In this document: in pieces, positions 10,621 through 24,680 of the stretch
How positions within the stretch are numbered: the stretch's first letter is position 1
Layout of the letters: every line of letters begins with the position of its first letter
NCBI GenBank assembly: GCA_013239625.1
Contig: MU054187.1
Location: 24,120,853 to 24,184,432 of the forward strand
Length of the DNA stretch: 63,580 nt
Direction: 5' to 3'
From: Lama guanicoe
Taxonomy: Eukaryota
Notes under the pieces: generated by a model
The model's input: only the letters and a program-made list of their open reading frames with translations
The model's database searches: none
What the model was told of the DNA's origin: nothing
Translations under genes and position numbers: made by a program

Positions 10621-11400
10621 GTCTTTCCCCGAAGCAGAAGACAGCATGGTGTAGACAGCTTCTGTCCAAGGTCACAGAATAAAATTTTACCAAAGTCGCC
10701 ACTTATTTCCAGGGCTTAATTTTATAACAATTATTTATTACTGCTTTGCAAACTAATTCAAATATTTCAACTTATGTTTCTTTTTATGTTGGGAATTTTT
10801 CTCATCTTGACTGACAACCTACTAAGGTTCACCATCCAACAACAGCTTCTTTTACTAATCACAATGATTACAGGTTATGTAGCCATTTAAATCTTCAGGA
10901 AAACTCCCAATTAATATTAGAACCAGCTCTTATATGTACTTGGATGACCAATTCAGGAAACTGGCTTTATGAAAGGGTCTAGAATCCTTCCTTTGGCCAT
11001 TCAATTAATACTTAGTGGACAATTAATCTGACACTGGGAAGAAGCCTTAGAGTCCAACCACTGTAAACTTCATTACTGATAACCTCTCCCTATACATAGA
11101 GAAATTTAATGGTACTGAATCTGATTTGGGACATGTTCCAGACTTACTCTGTAATCAAACCCTTTAGTTTAATGCAGATGAAGGAGATTGGACCCCTATA
11201 TACAATGACACAGACTAAAACTGATAATAACAGCAATACCTTTACTTACATTGTCAGGAAATTACTCAAGCTGTACACTGGTTTAATCAAAAATCAGTAG
11301 GTGAATGAAGTGCCTCCATAGTCCTGTTTTAAAAAGTAAATAACAGTTTTACTTATTGGATAGGCCAAATTCAGGCAGCCATTGGAAAGGACATCAGTCA
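10621..11400 (+). mobile_element. Probable further ERV internal sequence (post-pol/env region), highly decayed
   Basis: Position directly after integrase and similar composition. No env motif recognised and the end point is uncertain. Confidence 0.3.
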
Positions 11401-12860
11401 TTTATCAACAAAAATATGGTTTTAGACTTTCTGTTATATCCCATTGCTTAATTTGTTTATCCCTGCACAAATGCCATTTTATTATGTCTCTATTTTAGCT
11501 AAATAATGTGTTGTGGTTTTCAGCATAAACGGCTTACAGAGACTTTGTTAGATACATATATATTCTTAGGTATTTGATGACCTTTGCTGTCTATCATCAT
11601 TTTTAAATGTGCGTTTGGTACAAAAATAAATAAATAAAATTCAGCATCCACAGGTTTATGCTGAGACTGCAGCTAGTTCTTTCAAGTAGATTTAACATCC
11701 AAGAAAAAGTTAAGTGAAGATATTAAAAAGTCAACTTATCGTTCCATACAAATTTTTAAGGAAGCGTGTAACAGTTGTGAAATAGTAATAACTGCATTCC
11801 AGGTATAGAACAGAGAAATCAGACTATCAACTTAGCAAATGAACATCCTTCCTAGTGTTAAATAATCCTAGGTGATAATTTGATATTTGGGGGACATGAA
11901 GGAATTAGTCTTTAAAAAAACAAGATTATTAAAATTCTGAATTTCTGTACTTGGGAAAGTATTTGTAGAAAGCTTACAGAATAAAACATTTAAAATTATC
12001 AGGGCCACCATTCAGTGGCACTTAATTCTTAATAGGAACACTAATGGCAAAACAATCTTAATCTCTTTTTTCAGAAATATGATAAACTGGGCATTTGTAA
12101 AAACCTAACCAAAAATAACATCACGGAAAAATGTTAAAATAAAAAAATGGATTTCTAGTGTCTATAAACAATATGAAAGCATGAATCATACAAGATAAGC
12201 AACATTTGGTTAGACCTTTCATCTGGAGACATTTATTTGCTGATTTTGAGTGCCCTTTAAACCTGTATATCTATGTATACAGGGTCAGTGTTGGTGGGGG
12301 GTAGGGGGAAGCCAGAAGATTGGATCAGGAAACACCAGGTAAAGTGAGGATCCATGAATGGTGATGCAAAAATATGCACGTTGGAATAAAAAAGTATAAA
12401 AGATCTGCCTTGAAGGTAAAGACAGTAAGAATAATTGTTAGTCTTTGTCTTTTGTCTTGGGTCTTTGTAAAATTGGAAAAAGAAAGAAAAGAAAACATCC
12501 TACACAGAGAACTTATGACACCAGCCAACACTTACACATCTTTAAGCCAAAAACTTAGTTTAAAGTGATCTTGAAATGATAGTGTCCCTCAGAAGTTGCA
12601 AGAGGAAACACAAGTATGTTTAGTGTAAGCATTTTAAAATTTGTCTATACTTAAACTCTAAAAGACTATGAGTTCATAGCCTTTTATGAGTTCATAAACA
12701 TAAAAGGTAATCCATTGCCATAAACAAGACATTCAAAGTCAGTTTTGAAAAAAATGATTAATACTGGAATTGTTATATATAAAATATAAATGTTTTAATA
12801 TGCTTAAATAAATTAAGGCATTAGAAGTGTTACACAAAGGAAATAGTATTAAAATAACAG

Positions 12861-13165
12861 GAAGAATATCATTCTAAATGAAATAAGCCAGAAAGAGAAA
12901 GAAAAATACCATGTAATATCACTTACATGTGGAATCTAAAAACAAAACAAAACTTATTTACAAAACAGAAACAGACTAACAGACATAGAAAACAAACATG
13001 GTTACTGAGGGCTGTGGGAAGGGATAAATTGGGAGTTCAAGATTTACAGATACTGACTGGTATATATAAAATAGATAAATAAGTTTATACTGTATAGCAC
13101 AGGGAGCTATATTCAATATCTTGTAGTAACATGGTTAAAAGTAATATGAGAAAAGTAATATGAGA
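12861..13165 (+). mobile_element. L1 3' fragment
   Basis: cattctaaatgaaataagccagaaagagaaagaaaaatacc...acagggagctatattcaatatcttgtag. Confidence 0.88.
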
Positions 13166-13257
13166 ATTTATTTTTATTCTATAAAAATAAATGTTTCTAT
13201 AAAAAATAAATGAAAAATAAAAAGTAAAAAATAATAAATGCATTACATGTTTTGGGG

Positions 13258-13397
13258 ATTTTTTGCTTGTTTGTTTTTGTCTTTTGGCAGAGGGGAGGGA
13301 GGTAATTAGGTTTATTCTTACAGGAGGTATTAGGCATTGAACCCAGGACCTTGTGCATGCTAGGTGTGCATGATACCACTTGAGCTATAACCTACCC
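13258..13397 (-). mobile_element. tRNA-derived SINE (Vic-1-like)
   Basis: Reverse complement reads gggtaggttatagctcaagtggta...ggtcctgggttcaatg...cctaattacctccc plus an A-rich tail; homologous to 7901-8043. Confidence 0.88.
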
Positions 13398-15807
13398 TGC
13401 CAAACCACAGCCTATTTTAATGTGAATTCCTACTAACTACTTTGCAACACCACCTGGCTGCCATAGCCTCTTGCTGGCTACTGAGAAAAGAAAGCATGAC
13501 CAAGTAGATATATTTTTAATAAAGGAGTTTAAAAATGTTTAAATTAACATAATGACAATCACAATTTAAAATAGAATAAAAATAAAACAAGTTCTTAAAA
13601 TAAGAATTAAAACTGAGTTGAGGAAGTATAAATAAGTGTAAACTATTATAAAATCAACAAAATAAGAGAATAAAACTAATAGTAGAGGTTAAAAATTAAA
13701 ATATAAAAAACTTAAGAAAAAATAAAGGCAATTTTTAATACTTTTAAAGAAGCATTATAAAGAAATAAATTGAATGAAAGATGAATAATAAAAATCAGTC
13801 CAGAAAAAATAATTCAAAATCATTAAATATGAAAGAATAAGCTTTTGAAAGTATAAAATAAACAAAATAAGATAAAAAATGTTAATTAATACTGGAATTG
13901 TTATATATAAAATATATATAACATTGTTCCAGCAAGAAAACTGGAAAAATGTATTGTCAAATATAGTAAAAGAGGCAAAGGAAAGTCAGTTAAAAAAAAC
14001 ATGGATGAAGATAACAAAATATACTGAAACGATGCTGAGATACAAAATCATTTAATGAAATATATCCTTGATAAGGTAGGGGCAGGATAGAGAAGAAAAA
14101 TCGTCAGAGCTAAAAACACTTCGTTTAGTGCTTAGAATTTTCTCCGTTGGAAACAACTTTGGACTGCAGGTGCCTAATGGCTAAAGGTGCTCTGGTTAGA
14201 GAACAGAAGACCTCTCATTCCTTTACCTTTCACCCCTTACCAAGCTGCTGATGCAAGTGAGACTCGCTGCTTTTTGTAGCCCTTGTCAAATGAGGGCTAA
14301 GTTCCTTCAAGCTGGCCCAGCCATATGTAAAAATGTCAGCTCCGTAACCGTGTCCTATGATACACATGAGCACACACATGACATGTAGCACACATAGGGA
14401 AGGAAAAAATACATTTCATAAAGAGAAATGTGAGGCTGTGAATCAGGACATTTTAATGAAGTTTCTTAAACTCTAATTGCTTTTTTTATTTAGAATGAGA
14501 TGAAGTAGTTATTAATTCTGTTTTTATTCTATTAATTAAACCCTTTAAATAAAGACAGAAGACCCCATTTACCACAGCATCCGGTTCTCAGCTCTCAAGC
14601 CATTATTCTTATGTTTAATTTCTCTATCTGCTTCCTTTAGCCTGGTTGTAGTTGTTTGTTAGTTTTCTTTTAATTGAAATACAAATAAATAAACGACCAC
14701 ACAACAAATATTATTGCTATGCCCCATCAATAACATTCAGTGGAATTAATCGCAAATGCAAAGCACCCCTGCGGTTGCATATTTTATAGGGATAACTAAT
14801 TGAGCAGGAGACTATAAGACATTTCCACAACCTGCTTCTTTGCCCTTCCTTAGTATATCCTTGACTCTTCTTCTGTTGTTCAGGGTAGATTACATGCCAG
14901 TAATATATTATTAAGAAAATCAAAGAAAAAGCAAAGATACTTTCTCCAAAACCTTTGTGATTTGCCATCTCCTGCTGTTGCCGCATAAGCCCCCTGCTTT
15001 CTTCTGGTTTTCTCATCACTCTCTGAGTCACCTTCCACAGGGACGAAAAGAGGGAGGGCTGGTCACAGAACAGGAGAGTTTATAGCAGCGAAAAAACAAA
15101 CATAATAAAAGTAGGCCAAGTAACAGTGGTATGTCCAGAAGTTCTTGTGAACAAAACTTTGAGACATCGTAGCACTGAGACAGGGTAGTATTATTCAGGG
15201 TCTCTCTTCTCAAATAGCTACACAATTATGGAGACATGCAAAGGCAGTAAAAATATCGTTAGCCTAGCAGTTTTGTGAATTCGAGCGGGAAGTGACAACT
15301 AACATGAAATCTTTTAAGATAATCACTCTGGGCCATGAGTTTTCCATATTTTTTTTTATGAACCACTAAATTTGTCAATTTTTCCTTTACTTGTATGCAA
15401 TACTGACAATGGTCAAGGTGGGATCAACTAAAAGCTTGTTGTCTCAGTATGTACTGGTCTCATGATGTAAAACCAGCTTTCAAATTGGCGTTACTAAAGG
15501 AAATACCAGCTTTTTCATAATACTGTTTTCTCATATAAAGTAAGGCAATATTTATATACATCCAAATATAACAGAGAAATCTCGAAGGGATCAGGTCTCT
15601 TCCCGAATGAGGCAAGCTGTATCTTGTGTTACCTTAATAATTTTAACACTGCATCTTGACCTTAATCGCTCAACTAATATTCATTCAGTTCCTGCTGCAT
15701 ATCCATCTATCAGTGTAACAGATATAGTGGTTTAAGACCAGTTCCTTGCACTCAGAAAGAATATAATTGTGAAGGTGAGCAAGACTAACTTTGTTTTTGA
15801 TTAGATG

Positions 15808-15945
15808 TTTTTTCTTCTATTTTTATTGAGACATAATTAACATATAACATTGTATACATTTAAGGTGTACAACATAGTGCTTTAATATATGTGTATATTG
15901 CAAAATGATGACCACACTAAATTCAATTGATAACAACCACTTCTC
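15808..15945 (-). mobile_element. Old L1 (L1MA-like) 3' end
   Basis: tttattgagacataattaacatataacattgtata...aaggtgtacaaca...tgcaaaatgat. Confidence 0.7.
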
Positions 15946-16029
15946 TTCATAAGAAGCCAGATTAATTTTGATAAAAACATAATATATGATTAAATGTTTA
16001 CTTTTTTAATAAGACTAATCAATCTTTAC

Positions 16030-16250
16030 ATACGAGTTTGAGAACTAGAGGCCCACAAGCCCCGATTATTATAAAGATGTTTTATTTGGCCAATGCTGTC
16101 TTTGTTGTTAAAACTGGGCCATTATTTTTAAATCAGGTAATTACAATAAAATAAAGATGTCCATCTTTTCAGAAAATGTAGAATATCTGTAAGTATTTGC
16201 ACCATATTCCTGTATGACAACAGTAACCTGGAGCTAAAGAGTAGCCACTC
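16030..16250. mobile_element. hAT-Charlie fossil (MER102-like)
   Basis: catattcctgtatgacaacag...ctggagctaaagagtagcc resembles the recalled MER102 sequence. Confidence 0.45.
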
Positions 16251-16711
16251 TGATGCCTTTTGATCTGATGATTTTTGTTGTAAATGATCTAAGAAAATCT
16301 AAAGAAATGTCAATAAAGACCCAAATCTTTTAGCTTTCCTAACTGATCTGGCTATTTGTTGTGATTTCACAGGTTGCCATTAGTTTATGGGGAGGTGGGG
16401 AACCTTTCATTTTATGAGGATAATAAAATAATACAATTGCCAAGAAACCATAATTTTTACCTCCTTTTTCTTTGCACATAGATGCAGAGAATACTTAAAT
16501 AAGTATTCCAGAAGTTCTTCTGGAGAATTTTAGGTTGGCCGAGGTGACCTGGTGTTAGGGACCAAAACTGAATCCATGTTTGTCAAAGCTATAGTAATTC
16601 TTACAGAATTCTGATGGGGGTCACTTTTAAGAAATCACTTTGACCATTCTCAGTATTTCTCACTGCTGTCACTTGGAATATGGACTCTGAGTGTGTAGTG
16701 TGTAAAAACAT

Positions 16712-16831
16712 GTAGGGTTGTTTTCCCAAGATTGTTCCAGTTTATGCATATTGCTCAGGTGTAATTTGGCAGAGCCTCCTTTCACACTCCAAAGTGTCCT
16801 AGTGTAGATAATGAAATATATAGTCATCTTA
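16712..16831. mobile_element. hAT-Blackjack MITE (MER94-like)
   Basis: taggg...cctttcacactccaaagtgtcc...aaatatatagtcatctta. Confidence 0.55.
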
Positions 16832-17429
16832 TTCACTATTCAAGTAAATTTGAAAAACACAGGGTTAACAAAGGAAGCTAGCTTCGCTTACTACAAGACT
16901 CTGAATCTTCCCTTCTTACTTCTTAGCCCTAGGGCTGAATCTAGCTCATAGTTTCCTTCCTTGCTCCTGTCTTTTGCTTCCACCTTCTCTTTCTCCTCCT
17001 CCTCGCTTTCTCTCTTCCTCTCCTTATGTTTCACCCTATGCTATATTTCCAAATTTGAAAGCCATGTGCTTTTCAGTTTGCCACAGGCCTTATCACTCTA
17101 CATAAAGGACTGCTTCATTTTACAGCAGGACATCATAGTCAAATACTTCAATATTATGGATATTATATGACTTATTGATAAAATGATACAGGATACTATA
17201 CTTGCCAAGCCTATTCTTGACTGAGTAAACCTTTTGCCCAAAAGATATCTTGTGGGAACCAATATTCCTTGGAATATATTTTAAGAAGACCTGGTTTATC
17301 AATTCACATTAATTTACTGTTTTTTTTTATTTGCTCAAGGCAAATATTAAATTCTACTTTGGGCTAGGTAATGAGCTAAAGATACATCACCTCTATTCTA
17401 TTTTTGAGTGCCACAGTAGTTTTGTGAAA

Positions 17430-18350
17430 AAGAAATGAAACATCTATATCCACTCAGCTTTCTCTTAGACAATCTACCTTACATGACTTTACTTTTCCAG
17501 GAAATTCTCGTCTAGGAAGATAAAGTTACAAACAAACCTGCCATTTCAGAAATTTCTTGCAATTCATTTATTCAAAGAACATAATGCCATTTGCAGCAAC
17601 ATAGATGCTCCTGGAGAATGTCATTCTAAGTGAAGTAAGCCAGAAAGAGAAAGAAAAATACCATATGAGATCGCTCATATGTGGAATCTAAAAAACAAAA
17701 GCAAAAACAAACAAACAAACAAAAACAAAGCATAAATACAGGACAGAAGTAGACTCACAGACAGAGAATACAGACTTGTGGTTACCAGGGGGGTGGAGGG
17801 TGGGAAGGGATAGACTGGGATTTCAAAATTGTAGAATAGATAAGCAAGATTACACTGTATAGTACAGGGAAATATACACAAAATGTTATGATAACTCACA
17901 GAGAAAAAAATGTGACAATGAGTGTGTATATGTCCATGAATGACTGAAAAACTGTGCTGAACACTGGAATTTGACACAACATTGTAAAATGATTATAAAT
18001 CAATAAAAATGTTTAAAAAAAACAAAAACAAAGAACAGGCTACTTAATTTTCTTTTATCACTTAACCCCCTCCCTTCTCAGAACAGTAAATAACTCACCT
18101 AGGTTTATCAAGAAACTGGTTACTCTTCAAAGATATGGTTACTATTATAATATGATATACCAAATTCAAATCAGACCTTTCATACTGAAAGAACTGTCTT
18201 AAATCAAAATGTTATAAATAGTCTTCCTTTGACTGCCCCTTTTAAGGAGTTACTAATATTCTGAAGGTTATGGCTTCACTGTCTGCAGTAAGCAATAAAC
18301 TCAGCTTTCCTTGAACATTTTTGTTTTGGTGTCGTCTTTGAGATTTGAGC
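17430..18350 (+). mobile_element. Old ERV1-type LTR (MER110-like) split by an L1 insertion
   Basis: tataaatagtcttcctttgac and gcagtaagcaataaactcagcttt...ttgttttggtg in 18210-18350. The 5' boundary is approximate. Confidence 0.45.
17581..18028 (+). mobile_element. Young 5'-truncated L1 (same family as 1-2237)
   Basis: High similarity to ~1794-2237; A-tail; TSD caaagaac (17573-17580, 18029-18036). Confidence 0.95.
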
Positions 18351-18494
18351 GAGCCACCACAGAAAAGCATAACTGAGTAGGGAAGCAGTGTTCACATATA
18401 CAACGTTCATATAAGCAGTACTTCAGCTATGGTTTGCCCTGCCAAAACGTATGTATTGTTGTCTCTTCCTATCTAAATTACAGTTCAGATCCAC

Positions 18495-18700
18495 AACATA
18501 GTGGAAAGAGCATGGGACTGGAAATTAGACCCTAGTTAAAAGACCTACCTTGTCACTATCAAGTATTTTATATTTTGAACAGTTCATTTTTCTGATCCTC
18601 AAATGATTAAAATAGTATGAATATCATCTTCTTCACATGCTCATTCTTTCATATGGGATAACATATATGAATCGATTTGTAAATATGTAACAAAATATGT
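18495..18700 (+). mobile_element. MIR SINE
   Basis: catagtggaaagagcatgggactgga...agaccct matches the MIR head. Confidence 0.55.
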
Positions 18701-19639
18701 AAACGACTATTAGTTGCTCTTAGAGTTGATTTCTATTATGCTCTATTGGTCTCTGGAATTACAATTTTCTTTGCAATCTATTTACATAATTCCTGTCCCT
18801 TATATTTTAGCATCTATGGGACAATGGAAGTTATTTGAGGTTATGAGTTCTATGCTATCAACAGCCTGCGGTGAGGAATCCTGGCGACGACACCACAGGT
18901 GAAGGCAAGATAAATTTAAAGGGAGCGTTGGAACAAACCAACGTGCAGCGAGCTCCAAAGGTAGGCTGATGTTTAGACTTACCGTTCATTTAGTTTCAGA
19001 TACAAAACTTGGTGTCAGTTACATAATTCTGTGGGGGTAGAAGATGATCTGACAGCTGCCCCAGCCTCCGTTCTTCAGTCCAGAGTTTGAATGAAGAGTA
19101 AGTGTTCTTTTAAATACACGCTTGGTGTGGTCTGCTCTTCCCTTATTCTCAAAATAATTAACTTGGGATGCCAGCTGCATCTTGACACCCTCGCCCCTTC
19201 ACTTGTGTCCTTCTTTGTCTCCTGCCTGGGTAATTATCCCAGATTGCTTTCTGGCTGTCTGATCTGGTATTTCAGTAGGTATGCTGCTTTTAATAACCAC
19301 ACATTGCTGTCATCATATAATCCGGTTGGGGGGGAGACTGAGATAGGAAAATGAGCAGCAAGAGGGGCCAGCTGCAAAAGAAGCAATGTTGACTCAGTCT
19401 TGCTACCTCCCAGTCCCCCTTGGAGCAAAGGATAGGTAGCAGTGTGCGACTATCACTTTAATTTGCCCCTTCTCTCTCACAGGTAAAAGTGACTGGATTC
19501 CATTTTTAATAAGTCAGCTATGGAATTACACAATGCAGTTAGAGTTTATCTGGAAATTGAAGACATTATTTCAAGGCAAAAAACAAGGGCTCCATGAGTG
19601 TGCAGAACACGGGAAGTAAACACAAGTATTTGGCAAATA

Positions 19640-19743
19640 CTAATATATATATTATGTTATATATGTTATAACATATATGTTATATATATATACATATATA
19701 TATACACATATATATGTGTGTGTATATATATATATATATATAT
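19640..19743. repeat. (TA)n-rich microsatellite
   Basis: Seen directly. Confidence 0.9.
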
Positions 19744-21844
19744 CACACTTTAACTCCGTGTATCATATTCTGACCTTGTGTTTTCACTTGTGCTACTTTT
19801 ATGGCTTGCTCTTGGATTTAAAACCTGAGATAACAACCATTAGAAGTATCTAGACTCTGATTCAAATATTTCTATTAATGACACTCTTATGGAGATCTCA
19901 AACCAAAGAATTAGCTTCTGTTCACTCCCCTGCCCTTACGGTCTCCTACCAGTTTATCAAGACTTGGCTGGTTTCCCAACTCAAAGTGCGAGTTTTGTGG
20001 GGCAAGACCAACCTGGGGCCCAAATCTTTGGTTGTAAGGAGCCCAAGAGAAAGGTACCACCCTTGATGCCTCTCTTATTTCCCTCCAGTCATACATCACA
20101 TAGCTTGCTCTAATGCCTTTCCGTCAGTCTTAATATCAATTATGTCAGCATATCAACTTATAAAAGCTATGCAAAAGATGCCATTTTTAGAAGATGTGTT
20201 CAATAAATGTTTTCAGTAAAAATCAATATTTAGTATCCCAGGAAAGGGAAGGTATTTAAAATGTTTTACTTTTTTTCAACCAGCTGCTGGGTTATTTTAT
20301 TGATATGAGCTTTTACCTGTGCTTTAAACTAAGCATTATCAGATATCTTTTTGCTTCCAACTAACTATGAAATATTCTATTCTTCTCATAAAAAACTGGA
20401 GTTAATATATTTGTTTTTATAAGTCAATTAGTTTTGGTAATTTTTTGCAGATTATTGCTTGTCATGTATTGATTACTATTTTAGATTGAATAACATTGTT
20501 TTTAATTAAGTTAAATTTTATGATTATATTCCATTAATGATGTTTTGAAAATCATTATAAGAACATATTTCAAAAGTAAGTATATTTAGCAAGAAAATTG
20601 TATAGTTTAATAATATTAAAATAGTTTTAAAGAGAAGTAACATGCAAACATGGCAAATATGCATATGCAAACATGAAAAATCTGACCAAATCAATAAGGA
20701 AAGACACATATGACCTACATTTAAAAAATACTGTAGCAGACTTCTAAATTACGCCCTATTCCCTATGCTCATTTTTATTTTTCTCATCTCTGTACTTGCT
20801 CATGGTTCTCCCTACTGTTGTAATAGCCTCTTTCTCCTGTGCTAAATCTCCGCTCAAAATTCTGTCACCAGCCTCCAAACACATCACTCCTTCCATGAAA
20901 TCTGTCATTATGTCACTGAATGAATGTTTCTCTCTTTTTGACCTATATTTCAGGCTTGCATACTTTTTAAGATGTTTTGTTTCGTGCATTTCCTGTTTTA
21001 TTTATTTATGTGGTTATCATATTTCTCATATTTGATCATGAGATTGGAAAGTCATCTGTACAGGATTAAATCTTATTCTTAGAATATCTACCATAGGACC
21101 TTGGGCTGGACCTATCATTTAGTATGTGTTTAATAAATCCATATTGAATTTCACTCTTTTAAAATTCCCATACTTTTTTTTTACTGTTCAAATGTTAAAA
21201 AAAAGAACTAGAAATATATTTATGGCTACAGATTTTAGATTGCACAAGTTAGATAATCAACTGATTCTGCATAATTGAGAAGTTGAAAAATAATCACAAT
21301 GTAGTTATTTTTAAAACATATGCATGAAAATAAGTTCAATAGTGAGAAAAATTGAATTAAAATATAGTATTTGATATATTTGGCTCTAAGTGTCTTAATT
21401 TAAGTAACAGGTAAGGAGAGATCTGTACTTACAAAGGGAAAAATATATTTAACGCTCTTTCCAATAGGATTGCTACAAACAAGTACTAATCAGAACTGAT
21501 CAGAGTACGTTCTCCAAAAATGACATCTTTCTATCTATTTTTAAAAGTCGTATTTAGTATAATCATACAATCATGTGAAGATAATGATGAGATTGTATTA
21601 AAATCACTTAATGTATAGATCCTGACTGGGCTGTAAGTTGCAGAAGGGTACGGACCATGTCAGTTTGGTTCACACTGTGCTGAGAACATAGTATAGTGCC
21701 CAGTTCAGAGCACTCACTTTTATTTGCTGAATAAAGGAACAAATAAGGCAGAAAATGTGGTACAAGGGTATTCTCAACCAACCAAAAACTCAAACAACTG
21801 TCTGACCTAATTTTGTAAAGAGCTCTCAAACTTGGACCCTCTAA

Positions 21845-22145
21845 TTTTTTTTCCAACTGAAGTAAAATTCATATAACATAAAATTAACCATTATCCACTT
21901 TAAAGTGTACAATTTAGTGGCATTTAGTATATTCACAGTGTTGTGCAATCATCACCACAGGATCTAGTTTCAAAACGTTTCATCACCCTGAAAGGAAACC
22001 CTGTCCCCATTAAGCAGTCACTTTCCATTCTGCCCTGCCTTTAACCCGTGGCAACCACCACTCTGCTTTCTGTTTCTATTAATTTAGCTATTCTGGAAGT
22101 TTCAAGTAAATTGCATCATATAATTTGTGGCTTTTTATGTCTGGT
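21845..22145 (-). mobile_element. Old L1 (L1MB-like) 3' end
   Basis: ttaaagtgtacaatttagtggcatttagtatattcacagtgttgtgcaatcatcacc...tggcaaccacc. Confidence 0.8.
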
Positions 22146-22402
22146 TCTAGGCTTTCGAAACAGAAAAGTCTGAGAAGAAAAAGCTTCCTTTTTTCCTCTG
22201 CTTTGGTCTATAAAGTCCTATAAAACTTACTTCTTGTGGTCTGTGACTCCCTTGTTCATAAAATGCTTAACTTAGTATCTCCACAATCAAGGCAATGATT
22301 AAAATTGAGAAAGCCATTGGTGGGCTGGTGAGAGGACACCAGGGAAAAATGTAATAAACATCAATTCACTTCTTTGACATATTACCTTTATATATATTTC
22401 TT

Positions 22403-22513
22403 TTTTTTTCAACTTTTTTTTATTGGTTTATAATCATTTTACAATGTTGTGTCAAATTCCAGTGTAGAACACAATTTTTCAGTTATACACGAACATATAT
22501 GTATTCATTGTAC
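22403..22513 (-). mobile_element. Extremely truncated (~110 bp) young L1 3' end
   Basis: Reverse complement of the last ~100 nt of the young L1, with poly(T); TSD atatatttctt (22392-22402, 22514-22524). Confidence 0.9.
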
Positions 22514-23469
22514 ATATATTTCTTGAAATTATCCACTCATTTACCCTTTCCTGAACTAAGCTCCAGAAGTTCCAAAGTGGAACAGGTTTACCCCTTATCC
22601 TCAAGGAATTTAACAATTCAAAAGGAGATCAGTGGACCTGCTCACAGGACCACTTTAATATGTAATTTTATAATCAGTAAGCTGGAGCCTCTCACCAGAA
22701 GCTCCTTTTGGGGAAGGACATCCAGGCGGAGAAAACATTCAAAGGATGTTCAAAGAAGGAAGAATAAATAAGAACTTGCCCATTTGAGGGATGGTCAGTT
22801 TTACTTATTCTCGTTTCCTCATTTGCCTGCAATCTTCACACAAAAATAGGTTCATGTCTTTTTTTTTCCCCCACTAGTGTATACCCAACATTTTGTTCAG
22901 TGCCGAAGTGAGCATTTCATTTCCTCATTCATTCGGTAAGTGAAAGCATCTGCTCTGTGCTGAGCACTGCGTTGGGGTCTCAGCAAGATAGAGCGAACAA
23001 GATAAATGTGATTCCTACCCAGACGGAGCTCACAATTTAACCAGTAATATATGAATTAATCAAACAGCAATCACTAAAAATAATACAAGTTTTATTCTTA
23101 TTTAAATTCCTTTCTGTTACCATTCTTAGCTGAGAACTAATGTAGTCCCCAAAATATCTGAAGCTGAGCGATCAGACCCTACACATTGCCGAAAGATGGG
23201 TGCCCAGGTTGTGCCAAATTCTCCCAGATTGTTCTCTCCCTTACTTGCTTTAAGCAGAAAAGGTGCAACTGGGAAAGTCCATGGTAACTGTCATTCCATA
23301 GACTTCTAATCCCAAACAATTCCTTGTTCAAACATAAACAAAGCAGATAATCCATTAGGAGCCCTTTAGTCCCATTCTCACTGGGGAAGGGCTTATCCTA
23401 AATCTAATAGTTGCTGTTCATAGGCATGAATAAACCCAGCAGTATTTTGTGGTCAGTCTGTATAATTAG

Positions 23470-23772
23470 AAAAGGGTTTCTCTAAATGTAGTCTGGAGAC
23501 ATCTGGGGAGCCATGAAGACACTTTCAGGTTCATAAATATATTAACATGTTTGCTTTTTGCACTCAATCTCACAAGTATACAGTGGAGTTCTGAAGACGC
23601 TACAAGGCCTGGGGTAACATCATTGGTCTGACGTTTTTATTCTGATGGTCAATGGAGTATGTGTTTACATGTTCTTGCATTGTAAAAATTTCTATTTTAA
23701 TTTACAGCATGGTAGATAGCAATGTAAACTTACTGTAAAGGTGTCCTAAGACCAAAAAATTTCAGAACTGTT
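23470..23772. mobile_element. hAT-Charlie DNA-transposon remnant
   Basis: agggtttctctaaatgtagtc...tacagtggagtt...aaaatttcagaactg. Confidence 0.45.
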
Positions 23773-24197
23773 GAATTAATCTGTTGTTTTGGTTTCATGA
23801 TTGAGCTATTTAGTTCACCTCCAACCACACTTCATTTGGCCAGGCCCATGATTTTCTACCTAGCTATTTCTAGTCATTCTTCTTCACTGGGATATAAATA
23901 TATTAAATTCCTCATATGCCTAAAAGCAGCAGTTGAATTGCTTCAAATAGTCAGTGATGCCTGTCTGAAGCACTGTTGCCTGGTCAACATTTCCTATGGT
24001 ATGTACCAGCTTGAATTTCTACATTAACAAGTATTTAGTGCAAACCTGTCAGAGTTGGTCCTCAGTCAATGGTTTTAAGGAAAGAAGGAAGGAAGACAGA
24101 AAATACATCTGAATCAAGCCTAAGGTTTCATGCCTCCTAGAAATAAAATTAGTTTTCTTCTTCAGTCTGTGAGATGGAATTTTCAGATGCAGAGATT

Positions 24198-24680
24198 GGT
24201 GTAGTGGCCATGAGAATGCATCTTTCAGGTTTCCAAATGCAGGGAGAATAAATGACCAATGATTTCATCTGCTATGTTCTCAAAAATCCATCACTAAGTT
24301 CATGTTAAGGCCACATTTCTCCCAGGCAGCTAATGAGCAGAGCAGGGATACTGAGACACATCCACTCCAGGGAGGTGCTAGACAACTGTGATGGTCAACT
24401 GAGACCTCAGGTGTCCCCCACACCCCCACCAAAGACCTTGGCAACTTGTCCTTAGAACTATACTGATTATTCTTGAGCTACCTTCCTTCCTTCCTTGTCT
24501 TTCTTACTCCTTTCTATATACTTCATACCTGCATCAGAATCGGACTTACACTGCAATCTGATGGTTTTTCCAGTATCTTCTGGCTCCCTCTCTATTTCCT
24601 TTCACAGATGTGAGAGAAATAAATGTGTTACCTTTTTGATCCCATCTTGGTGTTGGCTTTATGGAAGACTTGGACTAATT
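24198..24680 (+). mobile_element. ERVL LTR (LTR16-like)
   Basis: tgtagtggccatgagaatgc...agagcagggatactga...aataaa...tcccatcttggtgttggcttt..ggaagacttggactaa. Confidence 0.65.

Noticed and set aside
14717..15080. 104-aa minus-strand ORF (..MRQQQEMANHKGFGE..) with an upstream tataaa and an AP-1 site
   Set aside because: No convincing protein match, non-ATG start and no supporting exons; at most regulatory.
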